Shown here: one piece after another, positions 7,995 to 14,601 of the stretch
Layout of the letters: each line of letters starts with the position of its first letter
Numbering within the stretch: the first letter of the stretch is position 1
Program-made: the position numbers and the translations under genes
Source: Vibrio alginolyticus NBRC 15630 = ATCC 17749
Lineage (GTDB): Bacteria; Pseudomonadota; Gammaproteobacteria; Enterobacterales; Vibrionaceae
Length of the DNA: 32,000 bases
NCBI RefSeq assembly: GCF_000354175.2
Contig: NC_022349.1
Location: forward strand, 900,001-932,000
Reading direction: 5' to 3'
Notes under the pieces: generated by a model
What the model was told of the DNA's origin: nothing
Seen by the model: the letters and a program-made list of their open reading frames with translations, nothing else
Databases searched by the model: none

Positions 7995-8018
7995 TTACTA
8001 CAATATATCCTCATGTTG

Positions 8019-8142
8019 TATAACGCCCTGTTAAGGGGTGAGCAACGCAATACCGAAGTCACCGCACACCACCTTAATCACTTAACCCATGCATAGTAAA
8101 AATGCCACGCGTTGCGAATCACTCTTAAACAGTTTGTTATAC
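8019..8142 (-). repeat. attC (VCR-like), conserved copy 4
   Basis: tataacgccctgttaaggggtgagcaacgcaataccgaag...ccacgcgttgcgaatcactcttaaacagtttgttatac. Confidence 0.9.
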
Positions 8143-8145
8143 AAA

Positions 8146-8745
8146 TTAACTACCCAAAATTTGGTAATTTAAAAATGCTTTTAAGTTTCTATAAAGCTGT
8201 GTTGTTCGCACATAAGGCCAACGTCCTAATACATTGGAGCCAACGACTAAGCCCGTCCTTTGCAGTCTAGAAATAAGTGTGAATGCATAGTCCTCAGATA
8301 TAGAATACTTTTCACTTAGGAGTTTTACTGCGTCCTCATTCTTCTGACCTACATCAGAGTTTTCACCATCAACTTTGGTGAACGGTAATATATCTCCAAC
8401 GAGGAACAAAACTTCGATTTCACGGAAGGACATGTCAGAAAATATTGTTACTATTTCACTGTAGAGATCCGGTTTATCAATAATCAAGCCATCTTTTACA
8501 CCCTGTACAAACAAATTAGTTAAAAACTCTACTTTCTCGTTTACTGACGCCTTTTCGATTGCTTCATTCGTCTTCAGAAAACAGCCAATGAAAGAGTCAT
8601 CACTCAATACATGATCAGTAAGCTTAATGTCGCCATTTTCCAGACCGGATATTAGTTTATTAAAACGACGCTCTCGAAAGCGGCTAACTACATTTCCCAA
8701 AGTTGCACTTAAAGCCAACTTGCCACTGCTTGCTACGATGTCCAT
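8146..8745 (-). CDS. Hypothetical cassette protein, soluble, with no domain I can name with confidence
   Basis: A 199-aa ORF fills a whole cassette between two conserved attCs. There is no TM segment. The C-terminus YAFTLISRLQRTGLVV looks like a winged-helix recognition segment. The middle (KVEFLTNLFVQGV...YSEIVTIFSDMSFREIEVLFLV) faintly recalls the DUF4393/Abi-alpha pattern. Confidence 0.6.
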   Translation of the reverse strand: MDIVASSGKLALSATLGNVVSRFRERRFNKLISGLENGDIKLTDHVLSDDSFIGCFLKTNEAIEKASVNEKVEFLTNLFVQGVKDGLIIDKPDLYSEIVTIFSDMSFREIEVLFLVGDILPFTKVDGENSDVGQKNEDAVKLLSEKYSISEDYAFTLISRLQRTGLVVGSNVLGRWPYVRTTQLYRNLKAFLNYQILGS

Positions 8746-8759
8746 TTTTTCCTCATTTG

Positions 8760-8883
8760 TATAACGCCCTGTTAAGGTGTGAGCAACGCAATACCGAAGC
8801 TACCGCATACCACCTTAAACACTAAACGCAACGCATAGCAAAAATGCCAAGCGTTGCGAATCACTCTTAAACAGTTTGTTATA
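8760..8883 (-). repeat. attC (VCR-like), conserved copy 5
   Basis: tataacgccctgttaaggtgtgagcaacgcaataccgaagctaccgcataccacc...caagcgttgcgaatcactcttaaacagtttgttatat. The stop codon of the upstream ORF (8879-8881) lies inside it. Confidence 0.9.
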
Positions 8884-9742
8884 TGCATTTTTCGGTTACC
8901 TCACTAAACGCCCACTCTGAGAAGACCCTCTCAAGTTTGTACCGATCCATATTTTTTCCTTGATAAAGGCTATCCGCAACAATGTCATCTTGGTTTTCAA
9001 CAAATTTCTTATATGCAAGCAGATACGAACTACAAAGCTCTTCAAGTTGCTCATTTTTATCTAAGATAAAAAATGGGAGCTTTATAATTGGAGACTTTAT
9101 CTGAGTAACAATAGGAGTACTTAAGTCGGGCTTGTCAGTATGAATTTTGCGCAGATGTTCGAACAGTGCATACGACAATGAGCCTTTGGTATAGTAAAAT
9201 AGATCACAATAAAACTTTGCATCTAGTCCATCTCTCTTTTCCGGGTGAGTTACATACTCAACATCCGGAAATGGAACGCATAAACCTTCATTTTGGAAAT
9301 GGACGACGGGCAACTCATGCATAACAGCATTTTTGTACTTGAGCAAATAATCGTACTTTACGGGCTCTTCAATTAGAGTATTCTGCCACCAAAAATTACT
9401 ACCTCGATAATCATCTTCAGATATCGATATAGTAAAATCTGGATCCAACGCATAAAATGCACCATTAACTCCATTGTAAATCCAGTTATCTGTATCCTCT
9501 AGGAGCAGTTTGAAGCGAGCTGCAGCAGGTAAATCAAGCCCAAAACGCTCCAGCCACATTGCTTTAATATCTTGAGGGTTTGCACAAGAGTCTTTTGGTG
9601 TATTTGTGTCCTTTATTCGTGAATATACCGTACCTGCTCTGAGTATTTTATTACGATGCTTAAGCTCTTTCGTAAAGTAGAAAGGCTTTAGCCTTTCATT
9701 TTTAATGCTCAAAACCGCTACAGACTTTTCAGCGTACTCCAC
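8879..9742 (-). pseudogene. 5'-truncated AlbA_2 (Schlafen-like DNA-binding) domain protein with an uncharacterised C-terminal region
   Basis: The frame is open up to 9790 and has only a GTG at 9742. The first residues (..KFVEYAEKSVAVLSIKNERLKPFYF......GTVYSRIKDTNTP) match only the last third of an AlbA_2 domain (V.VI.V..s..P.y....g.iY.R.gs.t.p). The N-terminal ~70 aa and any RBS, attC or attI upstream are missing. Confidence 0.45.
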
Positions 9743-10081
9743 AAATTTAATATCAATAGAAGGTTTACTCGTTGAGCGGTGAACAGCGCTTCATACGACC
9801 TCATGTCGCACGCCCCAAAGTTTCTTAGCCCCCTCAGGTCAACACTAGCTAGTGTTGCAACGAATGGGTTAATTTATTTAATCCTGCTAATATGATTTTT
9901 TATCAGTGATTTTGATGCACAGAGCAATTCACCAATCTCCAGCCTCTCCGTTAGAAAAAATCCAAATAAAAATGTTACCAAATTAACTAATTCAACTAAT
10001 TGCACTGCTCTAAATCTGACCTATAGCACTGAAATTAAGAGTAGATATACTGAATAGATTCTGTGCAATAAGAAGGTTTAT

Positions 10082-10620
10082 ATGGAACATCAGAGCCTAT
10101 TTACGTACCAGCGCATTCAGCGCTTTCTCGTCCGGTTTGGATCGTATTGTTTGGTACCCTATTCTCACGCATTAGCTTGTTTCTGGCCTGGCCGTTTCTG
10201 ATTGTCTTCCTCTATCAAGATTACGCTGCCAGCGAGATCGCCATCGGCACCATGTTGGCGCTTTCGGCGCTGGTAGGCAGCACCTCTGGGATCTATGTCG
10301 GCTACCTATCAAATAAATTTGGCCGCAAAGTGATGATGCTCGGCGGTAATGTGATCGCTGCGCTGGCGTATACTGGCATTGGGCTGGCTGATCAAATCTG
10401 GCACTTCTTTGCCTTGCTGCTGATCACTGGCTTGATGCGTCCGACCATTGAGGCACCCTCCAAGGCAGTGATTAGCGACTCTCTGCCCGACAAAAAAGAC
10501 CGCGAACTGGCGCTGAATATGCGCTATTTTCTGATCAATCTCGGTGGATCTATCGAGCCCTTGGTGGGCATCACTCTAGCGCTGGCGCACCCACAAAAGC
10601 TCTTCTATGTCTGTGTGTGT
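10082..10620 (+). pseudogene. MFS transporter gene fragment (N-terminal ~170 aa), frameshifted and 3'-truncated
   Basis: ATG at 10082 gives MEHQSLFTYQRIQRFL, then the frame is lost near 10124-10131. The next frame continues SRPVWIVLFGTLFSRISLFLAWPFL... with MFS helices and a GRK loop. Homology ends near ..AHPQKLF, before a (TG)n-G9 tract. The segment is visibly GC-richer than its flanks. Confidence 0.65.
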
Positions 10621-10937
10621 GGGGGGGGGACGCTGATACACATGTGAACATGATCTTTCATCAAGTGCCCTTCCTCAATAGTCACGCCTTTCCGTTTCGC
10701 TAACTCATGAAACGTTGAACCTAGATGTTTTCGCAGTGCACCATATATCAATCTTTGTCTCTTTTTCGGTATAAAAACCACATGGTATTTACAATCCCAA
10801 CGGGTATGAGACAGACTCTTATAGCCTCGCATAGGTTGTTTCCTCTTTACTTTTGGTCGAGAAAAGAAGTTACACCGTTGTCATGGTCAAACCTATGCGA
10901 GTCACCCCAGCTTAGCTGGGGATTTACCAGTATTTAA
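10605..10937 (-). mobile_element. tnpA: IS200/IS605-family element remnant (left end plus the first ~70 codons of Y1 transposase tnpA)
   Basis: MRGYKSLSHTRWDCKYHVVFIPKKRQ..DHVHMCISVPP matches IS200 TnpA (SLAHTRWNCKYHIVFAPKYR..DHIHMLLEIPPK), then breaks off in the G9 run (10621-10629). Upstream is a perfect hairpin, ccccagc-tta-gctgggg (10905-10921), typical of IS200 left ends. Confidence 0.75.
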
Positions 10938-10941
10938 TTAG

Positions 10942-11637
10942 TTAGTGTTTCAGGTGATGTTCACCAATCACACACCATGTAATGTAATGTGTATCATCCA
11001 TCATTGAATAGCGGACTTTAATATTCACCTCACTGTTCAAATATTCATCGAGAATAAGGCTTGTCGCAAAAGTCAGTTCTTGTCTATCGCAATCAATCTG
11101 CTCAAGAACGACTGAATCAAAATCTAAAATCTGTTGAACGGTAGGGAAAATCGCTTTATAGATAGCCTCTTTTGCGGAAAATATTAGCGTTAGAAACTGA
11201 CAAATATCATCAAAGTGAGCAGCGTGATGCCGTTCATTAAGCGAGACAATTTGTGATGATAGTTGATTCGCCCACTGACGAGACATCACTTTCTCAATGT
11301 CTACCCCTACCCCAACGACATCTTCACTACAGTGAGCAACAGATGCGACAGCATGTCCCACACAATGGGAAATAGACCCAACAATATTTTCAGGCCAAAC
11401 AGGTTCATTCCCACGACCAATACCAATACTGCCGGCAGTTTCATGACCTAAATAGGTTAACGCTTGGTGCGCACACGCTCGTCCTGCCAAGAATTCACAA
11501 CGGCGCTTAAGTGCCGCTTTACAAAAATTACTTGGTAAATGGATACCTTGCAACTCTATATTCGATATAAAATCAGGGCTGTAATCCACGCTTAGGTAGA
11601 GGGAAACCAAGTTATCAGACCACGGAAAAAGCTTCAT
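10942..11637 (-). CDS. vabD: 4'-phosphopantetheinyl transferase, EntD/VibD/VabD type (siderophore carrier-protein activation)
   Basis: 231 aa. It has the motifs GNEPVWPENIVGSISH, VGVDIE and FSAKEAIYKA (EntD-family P2/P3 motifs). A Fur box lies immediately upstream. Confidence 0.8.
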   Translation of the reverse strand: MKLFPWSDNLVSLYLSVDYSPDFISNIELQGIHLPSNFCKAALKRRCEFLAGRACAHQALTYLGHETAGSIGIGRGNEPVWPENIVGSISHCVGHAVASVAHCSEDVVGVGVDIEKVMSRQWANQLSSQIVSLNERHHAAHFDDICQFLTLIFSAKEAIYKAIFPTVQQILDFDSVVLEQIDCDRQELTFATSLILDEYLNSEVNIKVRYSMMDDTHYITWCVIGEHHLKH

Positions 11638-11657
11638 AAAACTTACAAAAATTATTT

Positions 11658-11676
11658 TATAATGAGAATTATTATC
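11658..11676. promoter_or_regulatory. Fur box upstream of the PPTase gene
   Basis: tataatgagaattattatc matches the consensus GATAATGATAATCATTATC at 16 of 19 positions. It lies 21 bp upstream of the ATG at 11637. Confidence 0.7.
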
Positions 11677-11989
11677 TTATATCGATGATCGTTTTGAAAG
11701 CTGTTGTCACTTATCTTTGTTCACAAACTCTTTCAGCGTATCAGCCTGCCCAGACATCTTGGCAAACTCAGATAATGTTACCGATCTTTATTGGGACGGT
11801 CAGAATAGGTCTGTTGAAAAAGGGGTTTAGCGATTGATAGCTCACCTTTAATTAATGCCCCATCGATTCGGTGTTACCACGTTCGTCACGAGCACATGCA
11901 TCAGCACCATTTTGAATCAATAACGCCACCGCTTTAGATTGACCACTATGTACGCCCCGTAGGTTGATCCATTTGTACGCATGAACATC

Positions 11990-12373
11990 AAAATCATACA
12001 TAGTTCGGCGACTGATACAAGAATATTGGGACAAACCAATGGGAACTCTGCCAATCTAAAAACAGAATCGATGAAGCCTTGTAGGCTAAAGGTAAGGAAA
12101 AGACGCGCTTTACAATGAGAGCGGTCGTGATAGCAAGGTCACTAAACAATCCGGGGCGACCACGTCTATTCTGTCTGGGTTGCTTCCACTCAGCTATCGC
12201 CTCTTCGTCAATCCAAAACGTGAGTGAACCTCAGTTAGCCAAGGAGTTATTGTACTTGCTCTAGTTAATAGTTTTGTAGCGAGGCTTAGGCATGAAATCA
12301 AAGTCTGTGAATGAATCTCCCTGATCTGATCGTAAGATTTTGGTTTAGTCCATTCGATTTCCGCAACAAAGCC
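11990..12373 (-). mobile_element. IS5-family (IS903 group) element remnant: terminal IR plus a decayed 5' third of the transposase gene
   Basis: The terminal sequence ggctttgttgcggaaatcg (reverse strand, ending at 12373) resembles the IS903 IR. The reverse frames read MPKPRYKTIN*SKYNNSLAN*GSLTFWIDEEAIAEWKQPRQNRRGRPGLFSDLAITTALIVKRVF...GFIDSVFRLAE.PLVC..YSCISRR, with in-frame stops and frameshifts. The rest of the element is absent. Confidence 0.7.
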
Positions 12374-12464
12374 AGTGCATAATTTAAATATACAATTTCG
12401 CTCTTATTTACTACCACCAGTATTGACAAGTTACAAAATGTTTCACACTATCTACCCCGGAATC

Positions 12465-12482
12465 GAAATGAGAACCATTATC
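12465..12482. promoter_or_regulatory. Fur box (and candidate promoter) upstream of the DAHP synthase gene
   Basis: aaatgagaaccattatc matches AATGATAATCATTATC at 14 of 16 positions. A TTGACA lies at 12423-12428 upstream. Confidence 0.6.
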
Positions 12483-12537
12483 AATTCTAATAAAACATCA
12501 TTACATTTTTGTCTTTTGGTTTATTTGGATATTAGTC

Positions 12538-13614
12538 ATGCAACCTTTACACAACACCATCAACGCAGCGTCAGCCATACAACTCCCTACACTACACACT
12601 GTGTTATCTAAATCTGGAGTAGATGAGCGCTTAGAGCGTTTTATAGAGACTCAACGTGACGAGATCAAAGATATTCTATCGGGAAAAGATCAGCGTATGC
12701 TTGTGATCATTGGCCCGTGTTCAATCCATGACCCTAATGCAGCTTTGGAATACGCGAATAGATTAGCCAAAGTTCAAAAACAATTTAGTCAAACGTTAAA
12801 AATTGTCATGCGAACGTATTTCGAAAAGCCGAGAACACGAAAAGGTTGGAAAGGTTTTATCGTCGACCCAGAGTTAACAGGCGATTTCAATTTAGAGCAA
12901 GGTATCTATCAAAGCCGCTCATTATTGAAATCGATACTAGAGCTAGGCGTCCCTACTGCAACAGAATTTCTCGATACAAACATTGCTCCATATATTGCTG
13001 ACCTTGTTTGCTGGGGGGCGATTGGAGCACGTACAACAGAGTCACAACCTCATCGACAACTTGCATCAGCACTTCATTGTGCTATTGGCTTTAAAAATGG
13101 AACAGACGGAAACACCTCCATATCCATTGACGCAATACATGCGGCAGGAGACTCTCACTTACTGGTGACTTTCGGTTCCAATGGGCATCCAATCGTACTC
13201 CAGACACCAGGCAACCCCCATTGTCATGTCATTCTTCGTGGAGGATTGGCTCCAAACTATTTTAGTCCAAATGTTCGTAGTACTGCTTATGACCTTGAGT
13301 ACAACAAGTTAGCACCTAGCCTCATTATCGACTGCAGTCATGGCAACAGTGGTAAGATTGCAAAAAACCAACTCAATGTTATCAATAACATTTGCGATCA
13401 ATTGACCGCAGGTGAAACGAGCATTTCAGGTGTGATGTGTGAAAGCTTTTTGCAAGGTGGTAACCAAGCATTGAATTCAGAAGAGTTGTGTTACGGCAAG
13501 TCGATTACCGACGAGTGTTTGAACTGGGATGATTCCGTAAGCTTCTTATCTAAACTCGATGAAGCTGTTAAGATTGCTTACCAAAACGAATACCTTCATT
13601 CTGAGATCGCTTAA
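12538..13614 (+). CDS. vabG: 3-deoxy-7-phosphoheptulonate (DAHP) synthase, class I (AroG/F/H type), siderophore-cluster copy (VabG-like)
   Basis: 358 aa, colinear with E. coli AroG as I recall it: LVIIGPCSIHD, MRTYFEKPRT..GWKG, WGAIGARTTESQ.HR.LAS, GFKNGTDG, HVILRGG..PNY, GKSITD.C..W. Confidence 0.9.
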   Translation: MQPLHNTINAASAIQLPTLHTVLSKSGVDERLERFIETQRDEIKDILSGKDQRMLVIIGPCSIHDPNAALEYANRLAKVQKQFSQTLKIVMRTYFEKPRTRKGWKGFIVDPELTGDFNLEQGIYQSRSLLKSILELGVPTATEFLDTNIAPYIADLVCWGAIGARTTESQPHRQLASALHCAIGFKNGTDGNTSISIDAIHAAGDSHLLVTFGSNGHPIVLQTPGNPHCHVILRGGLAPNYFSPNVRSTAYDLEYNKLAPSLIIDCSHGNSGKIAKNQLNVINNICDQLTAGETSISGVMCESFLQGGNQALNSEELCYGKSITDECLNWDDSVSFLSKLDEAVKIAYQNEYLHSEIA

Positions 13615-13620
13615 CTATTT

Positions 13621-13641
13621 AGCCGGGCATAACGCCCGGCT
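13621..13641. terminator. Bidirectional stem-loop between convergent genes
   Basis: agccgggc-ataac-gcccggct (8-bp GC-rich stem), located between stop codons at 13614 (+) and 13645 (-). Confidence 0.65.
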
Positions 13642-13644
13642 TCA

Positions 13645-14424
13645 TTAGTTGTCTAACGTAGCCCCTCCGTCCACACGAAGATCATGCATTGTGATCTGTT
13701 TAGCACCATCAGACATCAGAAAGAGAACTGCTTTAGCTATGTCTTCTGGTTCTGCCATTTGCCCCAATGGAATCCCCAGCCGATATTGCTCTAAGTTGCC
13801 TTTTATGACTTCATTCTCGCCGTAGTTGACGTTCCATAGCTGGGTCTGCATGTCTGTTCTCGTTGAACCAGGGCTAACAAGATTGCAGCGAATGCCCTTT
13901 TCAGCAAGTTCCAAACCAACGCACTTCACTAGCATATGTAAGGCTGATTTTGTTGCTGCATATGCCCCTATATTCAACCTAGGTGTATTTGCCGAATTTG
14001 AGCCAATTACGACAATGTTTCCCTGCTGTCTATCTTTCATGCTGTTTGAAATCGCTTGGATTAACGCCAAAGCACCAAAGGTATTTACATCAAACATTTG
14101 TTTGATCTCATCCAAAGACATATCGTTCACGGCACCCAGATGCAATATTCCAGCACAACTCACTAAATGGTCAAACTGAAACTCACGATCGAGTTGGCAA
14201 ACTTTGTCATTCACCTCATCGTGTTTTAATAAATCCAATTCGAAACAACATAACCTAGATTCATCAAAGCGAGCTCGAAGAGCTTCAATACTTTGATTCA
14301 AAAACGAAATATCCTTATCTGTCGCTACCACTCGATAGCCATTTTCTAACAGATGTTCCAACACAGCATAACCAATACCTTTACCTGATCCAGTGAGGAG
14401 TACCGTTTCAAAAGTACTATTCAT
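13645..14424 (-). CDS. vabA: 2,3-dihydro-2,3-dihydroxybenzoate dehydrogenase (EntA/VibA/DhbA/VabA; SDR family)
   Basis: 259 aa. It has the SDR motifs TGSGKGIG, NCAG-like SCAGIL and YxxxK (YAATKSAL), and sits divergent from an isochorismate synthase gene. Confidence 0.85.
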   Translation of the reverse strand: MNSTFETVLLTGSGKGIGYAVLEHLLENGYRVVATDKDISFLNQSIEALRARFDESRLCCFELDLLKHDEVNDKVCQLDREFQFDHLVSCAGILHLGAVNDMSLDEIKQMFDVNTFGALALIQAISNSMKDRQQGNIVVIGSNSANTPRLNIGAYAATKSALHMLVKCVGLELAEKGIRCNLVSPGSTRTDMQTQLWNVNYGENEVIKGNLEQYRLGIPLGQMAEPEDIAKAVLFLMSDGAKQITMHDLRVDGGATLDN

Positions 14425-14486
14425 TTACCTTACCCCAACATTCAAGTGGTAGCAGAAATCTGACGTCATTTATCGCTCCTTATTAA

Positions 14487-14525
14487 AATGCAATTAATTA
14501 TCGTTTGATGTTGATAATCATTCTC
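14487..14525. promoter_or_regulatory. Tandem Fur boxes in the divergent vabA / vabC-vabE promoter region
   Basis: gatgttgataatcattctc (14507-14525) matches the consensus at 16 of 19 positions. aatgcaattaattatc (14487-14502) matches the core at 12 of 16. Confidence 0.75.
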
Positions 14526-14601
14526 ACCTATACTCTAGCACTACATTTGCATGTGAAACAATTTGTAAATATGAGTAACGTAATATTTAGAGGTTAGGTT
14601 T

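Noticed and set aside
5181-8883. Regularly recurring ~124-bp repeats could be mistaken for a CRISPR array.
   Set aside because: The repeats are about four times longer than CRISPR repeats and are internally imperfect palindromes of the VCR/attC type. The 'spacers' are 350-1700 bp and contain ORFs. No cas genes or leader are present.
9840-9857. A perfect 18-bp palindrome, caacactagctagtgttg, considered as an attI/attC remnant or an IS200/IS605 end hairpin.
   Set aside because: No flanking R/L box pattern (taacgcc.. / ..tttgttat) and no transposase-proximal context are present. Similarity to the attC arm is limited to gttgc.a.gaat. It is mentioned only as a landmark of the breakpoint region.
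9743-10081. Searched for the integron integrase (intI), attI and a Pc promoter to the right of the array, and for a TonB-dependent receptor or esterase in the siderophore locus.
   Set aside because: No ORF of 60 aa or more and no tyrosine-recombinase motifs occur in 9743-10081. No beta-barrel receptor or esterase gene lies within the window. These elements, if present in the genome, are outside the 32 kb.
10621-10629. The G9 homopolymer considered as a phase-variation (slipped-strand) switch.
   Set aside because: It sits at the junction of two gene fragments that are both already non-functional, so length variation would not toggle any intact ORF. It is more likely a recombination scar or a sequencing-prone tract.
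10147-10647. Track ORF of 166 aa that could be annotated as an intact small MFS protein.
   Set aside because: The true N-terminus (ATG 10082) is in another frame, so there is a frameshift. The last ~15 residues (..YVCVCGGGTLIHM) are read from the (TG)n-G9 tract and antisense IS200 sequence. Only ~5 of the expected 12 helices are present.
11852-12034. A 60-aa minus-strand ORF whose C-terminal half (..AVALLIQNGADACARDERGNT..) looks like an ankyrin repeat.
   Set aside because: Its N-terminus (SQYSCISRR) continues the decayed IS903-group transposase (PxYSCISRRAK motif) from the adjacent frames. The ORF is therefore most likely a chance or chimeric reading frame in an IS remnant. One ankyrin-like 30-mer is not enough to call a gene.
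12375-12611. A 78-aa + strand ORF overlapping the DAHP synthase promoter and start.
   Set aside because: It begins with GTG at the edge of the IS remnant, runs through the Fur box and promoter, and is out of frame with the well-supported aroG-type gene. It has no recognisable motif.
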